The position numbers and the translations under genes are program-made. 64,000 bases of DNA from Carcharhinus longimanus (taxonomy: Eukaryota). Shown here in pieces: positions 14,401-29,400 of this stretch; the first letter of the stretch is position 1; the number at the start of each line of letters is the position of its first letter. The notes under the pieces are model-generated. The model was not told where the DNA came from, made no database searches, and saw nothing but the letters and a program-made list of their open reading frames with translations. The stretch is taken from the NCBI GenBank assembly GCA_030264375.1, contig JASCQW010000099.1, positions 34,594,597 through 34,658,596 on the forward strand, in the 5' to 3' direction.

Positions 14401-17400
14401 CTCCACACTAGCTTCCAACGTTGTCACACAGCATCTCCACCAGAACCACTAGCCAGGCACCATGCCTATGAATGCCACCTGGTATCACCCTCTCCCCCAT
14501 CCTAGCCAGGCCACCCTCTTACTCTTTCATCTTTGTGTCCCCTTAGGAAAAGATTGCCATCAACAAGAGGGAATGGGCGAAGACAGGAGTTGGCATGCCC
14601 AAGATTTGCAAGGTCAACAGGCTCCCAGCAAGTAAGAGCCCAAAGCACTGTGATCCAGATGACCTATCTTAAGTGAATCTATCATTCCTCCACACCCTTG
14701 ATATTCCCACCAGCTGACCCCATGTCCTTTGTCTTGCAGGATTTCCATTAGATGTGGCTGGGCTATCTGGGGTTGCATCCTGACATCCAATATCTCACAG
14801 CACCCCACTGGGCCACAGCTTCAGGGACGACTCTGAAATCTCACCACTGCACTCACCATCACCAGTACAGAAATTCTTATCTCTTTGGGAAACGTTAGTG
14901 GACAGGTTTCTCTGCTGAGTACCACATGGCTGCTATTGCACATCAGGTGGAGCCTGAGTGGGCAGTCAGAGGTCTGATGGCATGATGCCATCAGCCCCAG
15001 GTTTCTGGAAATGTTCATTCCAACAATGATGGAGATTCAAAAGCAGAGCCAGGCTTTACAGGAGATGTGTCAGTGACCTTCCAGCAAGTGCAGGCACAAC
15101 TGGATTGGGGGAAAGTGGGGTGGGAGGAAGAATAGTACCATGGAAAAGGGGCACGGGGGACTGGGCAAGAAAGGGTTTGAGGGTAGGAGGGGTGGTGGGG
15201 ATCAATTTGCCAGTCAATGAGGTTCCTGTGTTCCAAATCTGGAAGCAATGTGAGCCTCCCTGGTCCTACATCCCTGTTGGATCCTGGCCAGCACCTGCTC
15301 AGCTCCTTCAGCTTCCTCCTCATCCTCCTCCTGTTCGCTGTTTTGGTCTTCATCCTCCTCATCTAACAAGATAAGCCATTTCTCCTTCTTTGCCATGTCA
15401 TCCCACTGCTGTGCCAGGTTGTGCAGCACACTGCATGTGACCACTATCCACACCACCCTCTGGGGGCAGTATAGTAGAGCTCTGCCAGAGTAGTCCAGAC
15501 AGTTGAAACACATCTTCAGCAGGTCTATGGATGGCACAATATTGCTCCTGGTAGAGTGAGCCTCATTGTAATAGGTTTCACTTTCATTATGGGGTCTTTT
15601 CACTGGTGTCATCAACCATCAGTGTGTAGCTCTTGTCCCCATTAATCAATCCCTTGGCCGAGGGTGACCCTTGAAGATGCTGGGTATCTCTGAGTGTCCC
15701 AGCTGTCATGCATATTCCCAGGATAGCATGCACAGACAGGCATGATGCTTAGGAGGTGGTTGAACAATATTTGATTGTTAATGGGGTGTTATCCCTTCTT
15801 GTTAATGAAGAGCTTCACAAATGCCAGGTGAGTGAGAAGCTGGCACAGATGCAGCACCACTCCCTGTGAAAGTGCAATCTTTGGCAGCACATGTTGTCTG
15901 ACAGCTTGTTAAATGACCAGCATTTCCTGTACACGCAGGAGCTACAGAAGGGCTGTCTTCATGCCTGTTGGGATTTCAGGCACTCCGGTCTCTATGGCAG
16001 ACCCTTGTGTCAGAATTTTACTGGCACACACACAACCGCGTTCCCCCCTCCCCCCCCGCCCCCAAGAATGGCATTCTCCGATGGCCTTAAGTGAGATCTT
16101 ACGAGCCTCAGGTAGACAAGGCAGTAAAATTCTGGCATAGATATTTGGTGTATAGCTCCAGTGGTGTTGGATAAGACCTGGGATGCTCTTGCCAATGCCT
16201 ATCTGCCTCAACAGCAGTCAGCACCAAAGGGACCAGCTAGCCTGGTTGCAAGTCAAAATTCATCTTCTCTCCGTGGAGAGGATGGAGAAGGGGAAAGAGA
16301 GAGAGAGAAAAGAGAGAGTCACACAGTCAGCATCATCAACCATCCCTTTGCCCTCAAGTCCTCCCTTACCCATGAGTCATGTAGCATTTGAAAAATGATC
16401 AACCCCCCCCTCCATTGCAGCTGACCCACACTCCGTGCTGCTTGCATCCACAGTGAATTGCAGAGTCACAGAAACTTGCCCCTGATCCCTCAGACCACCC
16501 CCCTCCCCATGGCCTGTGGGTCAGGTGATCCCTAACCTCACTGCCAATATTTGTTGCACTTCCTCTAGCACTGAGGGTGGATATTCCTCAGTGGCCCCAT
16601 GTCCGCCTGGCTCATGGACCTCCAAAACCAATTTATCCCCTGAGCCTGAGTTGGAAGTTAAGCCTGGGGGTTCTCTGAGTTCTCTTTCATGATGGTCAGT
16701 TGATGGGAGACTCTGGGCTAGCAACTAAGTGAAAGAGATCAGTGGCTCACACAGACAATGATTTATGGCCAATATGAGCAGCCATGAGGATAATGCCACC
16801 TTTTTAATGGCATGCCATCAGACTGTAAACTGTAGTATTGCCGTACAAGGACCAGGCAGCTTTCCCACTCATGTCTGGCACATATGTGCAACCCTAACCC
16901 CCACCCCCTGCCCCCCCACCACCACCATCAAACCCACACCCTTCCAGAGTTATCACCTCACTTGACAACCCTGTCCCCATCTAGGTGACGTGAGGAGCCT
17001 CAGAGCTCACACAGACTCTTCATGTGGATGGGAGTGTATGTCCGCAATAGAAGGTGTCTGTGATAACCTCCACTGACCTCCTCCTGCAATTCCCTGGGAG
17101 CGCAAAGGAGGGGGGCCCATTTATGAGCTATGTCAGAATCTTGTGTAGTGGAGGTATGAATCCATTGCTATGGAGAATGGGCTGTCATGCAACACTTTAG
17201 ATCTCAAATGGAGGGGTGTGAGTTGTGGGTTTAAAAATCCTATCAACTGATCTGTAGATGTGGCCAGATTGAGCAGCTGAGGTACTGAGATGAAGAACAG
17301 GAGGATTAATGGGGCCTTGAGTGATTGACTCAACAAGCAATTCTGCTATGTCACATGAGCTGAGAGGCAGATTAAAATCTCAGCTATACAGGTTGATGTG

Positions 17401-20400
17401 TTCATTCAAATAACTCTCCTTGTCTAATCTCCTCATTCACAAGTCTGCAACAGTGATTGATAGGAATTGAGAGAGTTTACACACAGTAGCTTTGAAAGGG
17501 CAAAATTCTTACTGACAACTCCCCATGAATAAAAGAAGTTCATGTAGGTGTGCCAACAGGTCTGAGTCATTGACTGAACCACGGGCAAGCCCAGTACATG
17601 AGGGGATTCCTTAGAGAATCGTGCAGACTATCACTGTTTGCTGTGCAGATACATGGATTTGAGCCAGTGTCTGTGGGAGTTTGCATTTTCTCCCCATGCT
17701 TGCATGGGTTTTCTCTGGGTGCTCCGGTTTCCTCCCACACCCCAAAGATGTGCTATTAGGCTGATTGGAGGTAATAAATTGACCCTAAATTAATTTCCCT
17801 CAATGTGGAACGCCATAAACATAGACAAGGGTCATGGGTGGAGGGGGGACTCATAATGTTAAAACGGCGGCGCGGGCTCGTTGGGACAAAGGGCCTGTTT
17901 CCCGGGCTGTTTTTGTTCTTTGTTCTTTGAACTTGTTAGAAATTAAAGACTGAGCACTGTTAACAATTATTTTGCAGAGATGAGCGTGGAATTTGGGACA
18001 GTTTTGATCTACACGTGTGGGAGGAGTTGTTGGGATCTCAGTAAACACACACCGGTCGAGGAATGTGTGTTTGTGCAGGGAGATCCAGACCAGCGCTTCT
18101 TCAGATAGCTGTTCGTCACTTGTAATCTTGTTCTAAATAAAAACTGAGTGTTTCATCGAAACCTGTAGTTCTGTTGGAAGAAATTTGAGAGCTTGAGTTA
18201 GAGATGGCAAAAAATTACCACAGATGCAGCTTTGACAAAGGGTCGTCTGGACTGGAAACATCAGCTCTTTTCTCTCCATACTGATGCTGCCAGACCTGCT
18301 GAGACTTCTCTTTTGGTTTGAGCTGGCAGTTTGATGGTAATTCTGTGTTTGGACACCAGGTGGACATTGATTTCACACCTTTCCTAATGTAGTCTCTGAG
18401 AGGCAGCAATCTGCAGTAGCAAACCCCACAAGCAGCAGTGACAATAACCTGATATATTTGTGATTTAGTTGAGGGATAACGATTGGGCAGAACTCCTCCA
18501 GCATTATTCAAAACAGTGCCATGGAATAGTTAACATTGATGTGGGTATGCCGGCGTTGGACTGGCGTAAACAGTCAGTAAAATAAAATAATCAGTAATCT
18601 CTAAACTGTCTGTGCTTTATATGCTCTGTCTGAGGCCAGAACTCTCCATTCACCTGACGAAGGNNNNNNNNNNNNNNNNNNNNNNNNNNNNNNNNNNNNN
18701 NNNNNNNNNNNNNNNNNNNNNNNNNNNNNNNNNNNNNNNNNNNNNNNNNNNNNNNNNNNNNNNATGTGGAATGCCATAAGCATAGACAAGGGTCATGGGT
18801 GGAGGGGGAACTCATAATGTTAAAATGGCGGCGCGGGCTCATTGGGCCAAAGGGCCTGTTTCCCGGGCTGTTTTGTTCTTTTGTTCTTTGTTCTTTGCAT
18901 GGCATTATCACTGGCAAAGGAGACATCACAGTCAGACATGAAACCTACAGGAATCAACACAACGACAGGTCAAGTTACCCGAGAATGTCATATTTATGAT
19001 CATTCTCAACCCTTCCCCCATAGAATGAGGACATTCAACTAGGCCATTCTTACCATGAGGGATAGCTAAGGGGGAACCCCCAAGGTCACTCCCTCACCAC
19101 CATCATAGACACACCTAACTCCAGGTGCTCTGTAGGATACCCCGTACACCCCAGTATAACTTTAAAGAGGCAACTCCTTGCTCCCCCTCAGTGCTCACTC
19201 CACCAGGCCCCTGCTTTTGAGGACCTGTACCAAATGCTGCCTGCGTGATTTGCCCCTGGAGGGTATTGTGCGAGGCCGTTGTATTGGCTCAGTAATGACA
19301 AGCCAATCAGTAGATTTAAATATTTATCGGGTGCCTACCCACTCTTGACAGTACCTGATTGGAGTTGGTGTAGCGGGCTAGGAGCATTTCCGTTTGCCGG
19401 CTAATAACTATTCTCCGGGCCAATGTGGGCCTGGAGAATCTCCCCCTTTATCTCAATGAAGAACTCGTAACAACATGGAGAACTGAGAGCAAAAATAAAA
19501 ATGAGTGTGACATGAAGGCCATTACCAAGACATAGTAACAGAAACAGTTCAGAGAAGATTCACTAGGTTGATTCCTAGTACGAGCGGTTTATTTTATGAG
19601 GAAAATTTGAACAGGCTAGGCCTATATTCATTAGAGCTCAGAAGAACAAGAGATGATATTATTGAAATATTTAAAATTCTGGGTAGATGCTGGGGGAATG
19701 TTTCTTCTTGTGGAGGAATCTTGAATGAAGGAAGTTTAAAAATATGGGCTCTCTGATGGAGGTGAGGAGGAATTTTTGCTCTCAGAGGGGTGTTGCTCTT
19801 TGAGAATCTCTTCTACAGAGAACCGGGTCAAAAAGTATATTCAAAACTGAGTTAGGCAGATCTTTGCATCATGGACAACAAAGAAGTTAATAATTATGGG
19901 GGTCAGGCAGGAAAACGGAGTTAAAGCCATAATCAGAACAATGTGATCTAATTCAATGGTAGATCAGACTCGATGAGACAAATGGCCTACTCCTGATCCT
20001 ATTTCTTATGATCTGATTATTATTTCCAAATAGAGCTTTCCCATTCACACTGTGACAGGTCCTTTATACACTGGAGGACAGAATTACCACAGAATTATGC
20101 CCAATCCCCCACCCTACCTTTGATGGAAGAACATCAGAACTTGTCATTTACACTGTTCCCGGGGTAATAGAGAGAAATTTATGGACATTCCAGCCCGATG
20201 TAGAAGGGAACGTAAGTTACATACCTTGATCATATTGGACAAAATGATGTCCTNNNNNNNNNNNNNNNNNNNNNNNNNNNNNNNNNNNNNNNNNNNNNNN
20301 NNNNNNNNNNNNNNNNNNNNNNNNNNNNNNNNNNNNNNNNNNNNNNNNNNNNNTGATGTCCTTCAGTGGCTTTGGTGGTGTATTTTTTCACAACATTATC

Positions 20401-23400
20401 ATCCATTAGGGCTGCTGCCCTGTACAAACTGAAGCATCCTGGACTGCACAGTACGCAGCCAAGCACGTGTTCAGCTGTCTTCTGTAACCAGTGACCAACA
20501 GCATATTCAAACTTCTGGTACCAGACCATGGGACCTTTGAGAGGAAGGAGGCATGTGGAAATACACACTTTACTGTTCTATACAGATCTTTTGAATTTCA
20601 ATAAAAATTTGATGACTTATTGTAAGAAAACTTGGAACAATGAAAGAACATTTGCTTGGTCAAGCCTGTTTGTTCCATAGCATACAATCAACTGTATCCT
20701 GCCTGAGGAGAAACACATGGCTAAAATTTAGCAGCCAATGAAGGCAGCTTGGGAGGCAGGCCACCTCAAATTGGCAATGGAAGATGTCGCAAGAGGAGCC
20801 TGATATCTTGGCATATATTTTCAGAGGCAGGAAAGACAGATGTTAAATTAAAACAATTAATTGGCCAATTCACAGCAAAGTAACACCCTCACTGGCATTT
20901 TACAATGTGTGCTGAATACCAGGNNNNNNNNNNNNNNNNNNNNNNNNNNNNNNNNNNNNNNNNNNNNNNNNNNNNNNNNNNNNNNNNNNCAGCCATACTC
21001 AAACGCCTCTACTGGAGGTTTTCCCCCTCCAATCTCCGGCCTCTGTGTGTCTCACCCCAGCACATTTCAAAAATCCTAATTTTGCCTTCAAAGGTGCCTT
21101 CACGTGGAGTTATCCCCTTCTTTCACAGTCTCACTGGCAGTCATCTGTATCTGTAGCCCTGCTAAAGCTGCTGAGTTGCCAATGCTCTGATTGAACCAGT
21201 AGTCTCAGAGGGTAGCTCTCAGTTAGACTGTAGTTCTAGTGGTGGCTTCTTAATTGGTCGCTGCCAGTAAAATGCTGCCCAGGTACAATCGTCCACCCAT
21301 GGTTTGGGTCCTGGCAGTGGAATTTCTGCATGTTCTCCCCATGTCTGCATGGGTTTCCTCCAGGTGCTCTAGTTTCCTCCCACAATCCAAAATGCATGCT
21401 GGTTAGGTGCACTGGCAATGCTAAACTCTTCTTCAGTGTTCCCGAAGAGGCACCGGAGTGTGGTGACTAGAGGATTTTCACAGTAATATCATTGCAGTGT
21501 TAACGTAAGCCTAGTTGTGACACTAATAAATAAATTTAAAATTAAACTTGGTAAAATTCTGGCCTCTGTGTCATTCCCTGACTCTCAAAGGTAGTAATGC
21601 ATCATTGCATATCATCTAACCCTGCATTAGCACTATTCAGATTTGACTATATGGCTTCCATGGACACCATAATCCTCCCTCAGAACTAATATTAGTAAGC
21701 CAACCAATAAAGACAATGTTTCCATCAAGGCACTTATTTTAATTTTTATTTTAAAAAAGGACATAAATTACTGAGGCCGCAGTGAGGGGCGAGATTTTAA
21801 TTTTTTTAACCGCAATAAACATAATAGGCAGGGCTTTGTGAGAGGATGAGTCTATTAGAACTAATTTATTATGAGGCTAATTAGGCAGCAGCCTGCAGTG
21901 AATACAAATGTGTATTTAAATGCTGAAACTGGGAAATTGTTGTCAGATTTTCCCTGCTCCTCTGACAGTTTCACTGTATCTGTACCCCACTGAGTGACTC
22001 AGCATTGGAATGCGTAAAGGATATGAAGTTGCTGTACACCAGAAAAAAATAGGGCTGGTGCATTCAACTGCAAGTGACTAATTATTAAGTCTTAAGTACC
22101 GCAAAATAGCCTCTTCAAAAAAATTTAAAAGCATGGGGTATCCTTCTTCAAAATTGAATCTTTGTTTGAGATTTGTTTGATAAATTAAGTAATATGGGCA
22201 GGATTTTCTATTCCCACTACCTCCCCACCCCTGTTTCGTGGTGGCAGAGGAGCCCAAGCCATTGGCCAACGGCAGAATATTCTTGTCCTGCTATTGTCAA
22301 TGGGGTTTCCCACTGTACGGATCCCCCTGTGTCGGGAAACCCGCAGCAGGGGTTTGCATTGCAAGTCTGGAAGATCCCACTGATGGGAACAGCTGGGAAA
22401 TTCTGGTCAATATGTGTATATTTTAATTCTAGCACTTTTTGCTCTCTCTATCTTAATCCCATTTTTCCTTTCACCTTTTGTTTTTTCTTTCTTTACGTAA
22501 TTTTACATTGAATAGAATATTTTAATTCATGCTTCCCGGTTAAGACACTGTGGGTTGATTTTGATTCTAAATTAATGGCATGAGTTAAAAGTGAGGATTC
22601 TTCAATCTGATTGGTTGAAGAAACACACATGCTCTATTCACATATGCAATAGATACCTTATCAAGCACACTGAAAATAGAATCATAGAATCCTACAGCAT
22701 AGAAGGAGGCCATTCAACCCATCGAGTCTGCACCGACCACAATCTCACCCATGCCTTATTCCCATAACCCCATGCATTTACCCTAGCTGGTCCCCCTGAC
22801 GCTAGGGGGCAAGTTAGCATGGCCAATTCACCTAACCCACAGGTCTTTGGACCATGGGAGGAAACCCATGCAGACACAGGGAGAATTGCAATCGACACAG
22901 ACAGTGACCCAAACCGAGAATCGAACCTGGGTCCCTGGCACTGTGAGGCAGCAGTGCTAACCATTGTGCCACCATGGCACTCAAATGTGGCAGAGTCTGT
23001 AAAATGGCACATAAAACACCCATAAAATTTACAGGCATCTGTAAATATAATGAATGATGTTCAATCAAAACTGACTGGAAATCTGGGCTTTTGTCTTTTT
23101 CTTAAATGTTCACAACAAATAGAATGCACCTTTTTTTTCTTTGGACTAACAACATGCTCAATATGTTAAAAGGAAAAGGGAGAGAATTTGCATTTATAGA
23201 CAATTGGATTTTCCACTCCTGTTCTTCCTGGGCGGGTTTGGTGATGGGAGCAGATAATTTCATGAGAATTGCAAATCATGTTCTGCATCAATATGATGTC
23301 TCACCCTGCCCCTGCCAGTGACGCAATAGAAATCCTGACATTCAACATTGGGAACCCCTTGTATTAAATCTGAATGTAATTAGGGAGCAGTACCAGGGAA

Positions 23401-26400
23401 GTGCCGGGGGCAGTATCTGAATAGTGCCAGGAGGCAGTACCCAGGCAGAGTCAAGGGACAGTGCCATATGGAGGTGTTCCAGGTGGAAGGTGGATCCATT
23501 TTAACTTCTCTGTACTAGGGTGGCCTTTAAAAATGGTGCCCCAATCTTTAAAAACTAATTTGCTGATGCGACGGGCTCAATCAGAGCCTGATCCACCAGT
23601 GTTGAAACTGCCCTTCAAATTTTTTTAACTAAGTTCCGAGCAAACACTGGGGAAAGATACCATTAGGACGATGGCTTCAATGCCACTTTTCCCACACACC
23701 GCACAAAAAGGAGTAATCCAACCCTAATCTAATTCCTTAGTAATAATACAAGTGACTACCTCCCTCTGGCCCCCCGATCCCCTTCTGACACTCGATCTGA
23801 CCTGACTAACATCCATGGCACAATTCCTCCCCTAGCCTGACCTGACTAGTCCCCACCACCTGACTCCCCCCAACCCCTCAACAGCCACCCACCAGGCCTG
23901 ACTAGTCCCTGAACTGACAATCCCTTCCAAACATGTACACCCAATCATTCATTCATTAACACATTGAAAACCTGCTTAAATCACCAAATCACAGAACTGT
24001 CATGATGCAGAAGGAAGCCATCATGTCTTCATTGGTTCTCCAAAAGAGCATTTTGACTTACTGTCATTCTCCTGCCTTTTCCCCCATTCCTTTGAACATT
24101 GTTTCCATTCAAATAATAATCTAATGCCCTTTTGAATGCCTCAATTCAACTTGCCTCCATGTGATATTAAACAAATTCTTTTTCCCAATGGAATTACTTT
24201 TTGTAACTAAATGCACAACTGAACTTTTTAAATGTAATAACTAATGATAGAACTTAGAATTTCAAGATATCTTAGTTAATGCTTTTACTCATTTACTGCT
24301 CTTTGTGCTATAAAGATGGAAATAACAGGTGAGTTGATTACTTCCATTCATAACACAAAATGCAAATAACAGTCGGGACACAATTTTCTTTTTAGTAATA
24401 CATTGATATATAGCAATGGTCCTATCTTTTGTTTCTGTATGATGTACACTGCAAGTAAGTAAATATACATAAACGAGGTTGTAGAGAGTAAAATGTAACT
24501 TCATACCAGTTCCAGTTGGATGTACTCTACCACATGCAGCCCCAACATGTGGATATCTTCTCAGTCTGTCAACTAACAAGATCAAAGCCGAGGGTTGGAA
24601 GTCAATGTCCCCATCCAAAGCCAGAATATAAGTGTTCTCCTTCTCAGTCTTTTCAAGAAAATGAATATAAAAAAGAACATGAAATATGTCATGCTTCTGA
24701 ATAAAAAGGTCTGAAAATGCTGGGTGGAATTTTCCCAAGGAAAACTAATGTCATAAAAGTGATAATAGCAGAGCAATCCATGCCCTTCCATCAGGAGCTC
24801 TGTGTAATGCAATCAGTCTATGCTCAGTCACTTTCCGGGAGAGTGGTAAGTTGTGTGCCAGAATGGGAGGGAGTGGGGGGGAGGGGCAGACTAACCATGC
24901 CGGAGAACCTGCTGCACAGTACTGGGGCACAAGGGCTCTCCAATCTTACAGTGCACTGGAAGACCCTCTGCCTCCCCTACGGTCATGGGGACCACCTCCC
25001 CGCCCCTATCCATCAGCAGCACGATCCCCACCCACTCTGTGATAGGGGTCGCTGGCGTCGGAGCACTGGGGCCCTCCCAAAGGGTTCCCCTGCTTGACAC
25101 CCGACATCCATCCTAATCAGGACCTCTGACACTTCCCCCCCATCATGACCCACATCATGCTTCACTCCTGCATGACCCCCCTGCATAGTCCCCCTCTCCC
25201 CCACATAGCCCGCCCCGCATAACCCCCACACAGCGCCCACACCCTCTCAAGCCCCACACCCTTGGCATTGCCCCTGACACAGTGGCAATGCCCAACTGAT
25301 ACTGCCAGGGTGTCCGGTGGGCACCTGGTGGGCACTACCAGTGTGCAAGACGGGCACTTCCAAGAGGGTACTGCCCAATCAACACTTCCTGGCCAAACCA
25401 TTCAGGGGGTTCAATAGCCTCTAAGCCTCTGGGCTGTCATGCTTGGTCTCTGCTCGTGGAGAACAGTAGTGATTCTTGCCATTCTCATGCCATGACTGAA
25501 AGACTGAAGATCCCAGGAGTTGGGAGAATCTGGTGTTAAACAGGCTATGCATATATAAATTCTACTTTAAGTAGCCTAATTGGCCTCACATCCTTTCTGG
25601 GTGCAATCTGATTTGTGCCAGGAAGGGACTGGGGCTACTGCAAACTGACACCTGGAGTAAAACTGATCTTTATGCCCACACATGCTGTTTTCTGTGATCA
25701 GTGTGATTTGCATCAGGCGCAGCAATGCTGGAAAATTTCCTCCACTGTATGTGATAGAAGCACGTAATGATCTGTTTGCATAACATTTCTATTTATCAGG
25801 AAGAGGAAAACCCCAATACTGACATACTGAGTTTGGTAAGCAGGGGACAGAGGAGGTGGAGTTTCAGACAGGCTCGATGGAATTCCTGTTCCCTTTGAAA
25901 GGTTCACGTCCCAAAGTCAGCTTGAATGCAAGGCTGGACTTCCAGTGGGTGGAGAGTTCTGGAAAGTCAGTATGAAGCATGCAGCTGCGACTGAGCTCAC
26001 TTCAATCCCAACCTCAGCAAAGGTTGCAACCCAAGGGGAAGTCCAAACTTTGGACAGGGAGAGTCTGGTTCCTGATTCCAGGAAGGTCTGATCCCAGTGG
26101 ATTTGATCCTTAACTCAGGGAAAATTTGTTTGGCGGGCCTAGGCACAGATGGTAGAGGGGGTACATCCTGGGAGCAGGTAGGCAAGTAGTTGATTATCTC
26201 ATATCTATTAAACTTGAAATGAGAAGGAGACAAGCTTGAGATATTTTACATTTTATCATCTCAGCTGACTCACACCCATCGCTAGTTTGGGATTTACAAA
26301 TTCGCTCCTAACAGTTTAACACAGTGTGATTTCAGTTAAAATGCTAAGCACAGAGAGAAAAACGCACTATAAACCTTGATCGCACGTCTTCATTTTGAGG

Positions 26401-29400
26401 CTCAAGAAAGTGAATCTCAATCTTTACCTTTAAGGCATTTTCAGTGGACATTTCATCTTCAAATTTTCCTGATAAAGTAATGTACTTTCTGTTCAACTTC
26501 CAACCCAGTAGATAATACATGTACATGATCTGAAAAGAAGCATACAAGATATAAATAAAAAACACTAGCATACACAGAGCAAGCCAAATCATAGCATATT
26601 CCATTACATCTTGCTCTGAGACTCATGAAATAAATCATATGTTTCTGAAAAATGGGCTTAGATCGTAAATTTCTTTCAAGTTTCTTGATTTGGAGGTGAT
26701 TATTTTCTAGTTCTTGACCAAATTACTAACAATGTCCAGGAGAAAGAGATACTTCATTAATCTGCAGATTTATATCTCTGATATGTTCAGTGTCTCAGAC
26801 CTTAGATCATAGAATTCCCACAGTGCAGAAGGAGGCCATTTGGCCCATCAAGTCTGCACCAACAACAATCCCACCCTGCCCGTAACCCCACATATTTACT
26901 CGCTAATCCGTCTAACTTACACATCCTGGGAAACTAAGGGGCAATTTAGCATGACCAATCAACCTAACCCATACAGACACAAGGAGAATGTGCCAACTCC
27001 ACACAGGCAGTGATTCAAAACAAACAAAGAAACAAAGAACAACACAGCACGGGATTCAAGATGGGAATCGAACCCAGGTCCCTGATACTGTGAGCTGCAG
27101 TGCTAACTACTGTGCCACTGTGCCACCCTTGAGAAGTTTCAAAGAGCTGTACTATTAATATGAACATTGACAGCCATAGGCAACTTTAACCAACCGCCTT
27201 TAGGGAACCATTTAAAGACCACTAAATCTATTATTGCAACTCACCACTCTACAATCTTGGATCAGGCACAAACAATCTCTTCTGCATGTAGCTTCCCTAA
27301 AGAACACAAACTTCTCAAATCATCAAACAACAGGCCCAGTAAATCTCCTGGAATTCAGATCCAATACAAATTGGACACTGTCTCTCAAAACTAACAGAAG
27401 GTTAAAGGGATAACTGACAAATGAATCAGAACTCTTTTTTCTGCAGCAAGTTGGAATGCATGACTGAAAGATTGATGGATGTAGATTCAATACAGTAATT
27501 CCTCATTTTAAGTTGCCCCAACGTGAATCAATTTGCTATTAAAGTAGTATCTGTTTCGTTCTGTTTCCCTCATTTAAATCTCAATTTCAGGTATAAATGT
27601 TTTCTCACATCATCATGTTTGTTGCATCATTGCTCAGTGTGGATTCGCTCTCTTCATGCTACATTGGGCTCTGTCAGGTCTATACAATATGAGTAGTGTG
27701 GTATTCAAAGCAACATTTGTTTTTTTTTAAAATACAGAGGCATCCAAAGCCAGGGTCTATTAAAGTTTTGCTGTGAGAGAGACTTTTAAATCACTTTTAA
27801 ACATGAGTAAGAAATACCTAGTAAGTGTTAGTAATGCTAATTCTTTGATGCTGTAAAGAAAGAAAAGCTATCAGCCTAGCAGTGATATTTGAAATGTCTT
27901 GAGGCTGGTAAAGGAGCAGTCGATGTTGCTAGAGTTCTTAGCATACAGTGCAAGAGCCACGTCTTCACGAGCCAACATACCCAGCATCAAGGCTCTAAAT
28001 CACTCAAAGCCACCTCTACCAAAATGCTTCCGGGGTTTCCTCATAGCATTCCTGAAGAGGTCAAACATCTCATCAATCCATCAATCCAGACCATTTGTAC
28101 CTTAAATGGTCTAATCACTCATGATTATGAATTTGATTCAAATAGTACCAAAAACTGTATGGATCTTACATATTTTTATTTTTTAATTCTCAGTGAACCA
28201 TGATATCTATGAAATGCAATAGCTGAATGTACTTAAATGGAATTGTTTAGAAAAAGAAATTGTCAGTAGCATTATGTAGTAGGAGTCTTATTATTACNNN
28301 NNNNNNNAGAGGGAACTTTCTTACTGGTAGCAACACACGCCCAAATGAAAAGTTTAGTATGCTTTTTCTTTACTTGCAAAATGACAACCACACCCTGAAA
28401 TTCAAAACTCTCATTAAGTACACTACAAAATAATCATGGTATTGTACAGTGTTAAAGAGTAAGTCGTTTGTCGATATAATTGTAAACAATGAGAACTATA
28501 GATTCTCACCATTGTCTTCTTATTGGGTCAAGTTATGATGAAAAATGTATTTAAATTTCTTTTATGATAGTATTAACCATATTTCAGTGAAGAACTTCCC
28601 TCGACATAGTTCTCTGTTACATTAAAAAAGATTATCATGAAATATGGAAAGTATTAGCTGTTTCAGGCTTTATTGCCAGTACACATAATGGGGGCAATTC
28701 TCCCAGCCTGCTGCACTGCTTCGACAGCGCAGTGGGTCAGGAAACATCAGCTATGGCCATTTTGTGGGATTCCTGCTGGGCATCAGGGCCTCTGCACATC
28801 TACCAGTCTTTTGGTGTTATTAGCTCTGTGTCAGAAATCAGAGCAGGGTTGACTATCATATGAAAATACCATTCAAATTGATATTTCCATGTGATTAGCC
28901 AATCCAGGACAAAAGAGAGGCCACTGAGCAACCCCCCACACCGGGGGTAAAGGGGTGCCTATTGGTCAGTGTCAGCCTGGCACCCTGGCACTTCCCAAGG
29001 GGAAATCTGATACAGCCCACTGGACACCTTGGCACTGTCCTCTAAGAACTGGGTAGTGCCAAGAAGGCAGGACCTGAGGAATGGGGCAACTGGGGGGTGG
29101 GGCCTATTGGGGCAATGAGGCTGGCCATCCGGGTTGGTTGATAGGGTTCAAGGCCAGCAAGGAGATCTAGGCTGGCCAAGGGGGTGGGGTGGGGCGGGGG
29201 GAGAACATAGGGGCTGGCCAGAGGAGGTCCAGGAGGCCTGCAATGGGGGTTTGCTAGACAGGCCAGTGATCTGAAGGCCAGCAATGTGGGAACACTGCAC
29301 ATGTGTCGATCTTGACACTGACAGATCGGCACATGGGCAGTGGCCCACTCAGGATTATGCTGCTGGCCTTTCGAGTGGGAATAGGTCCTGCCCCCTACTT

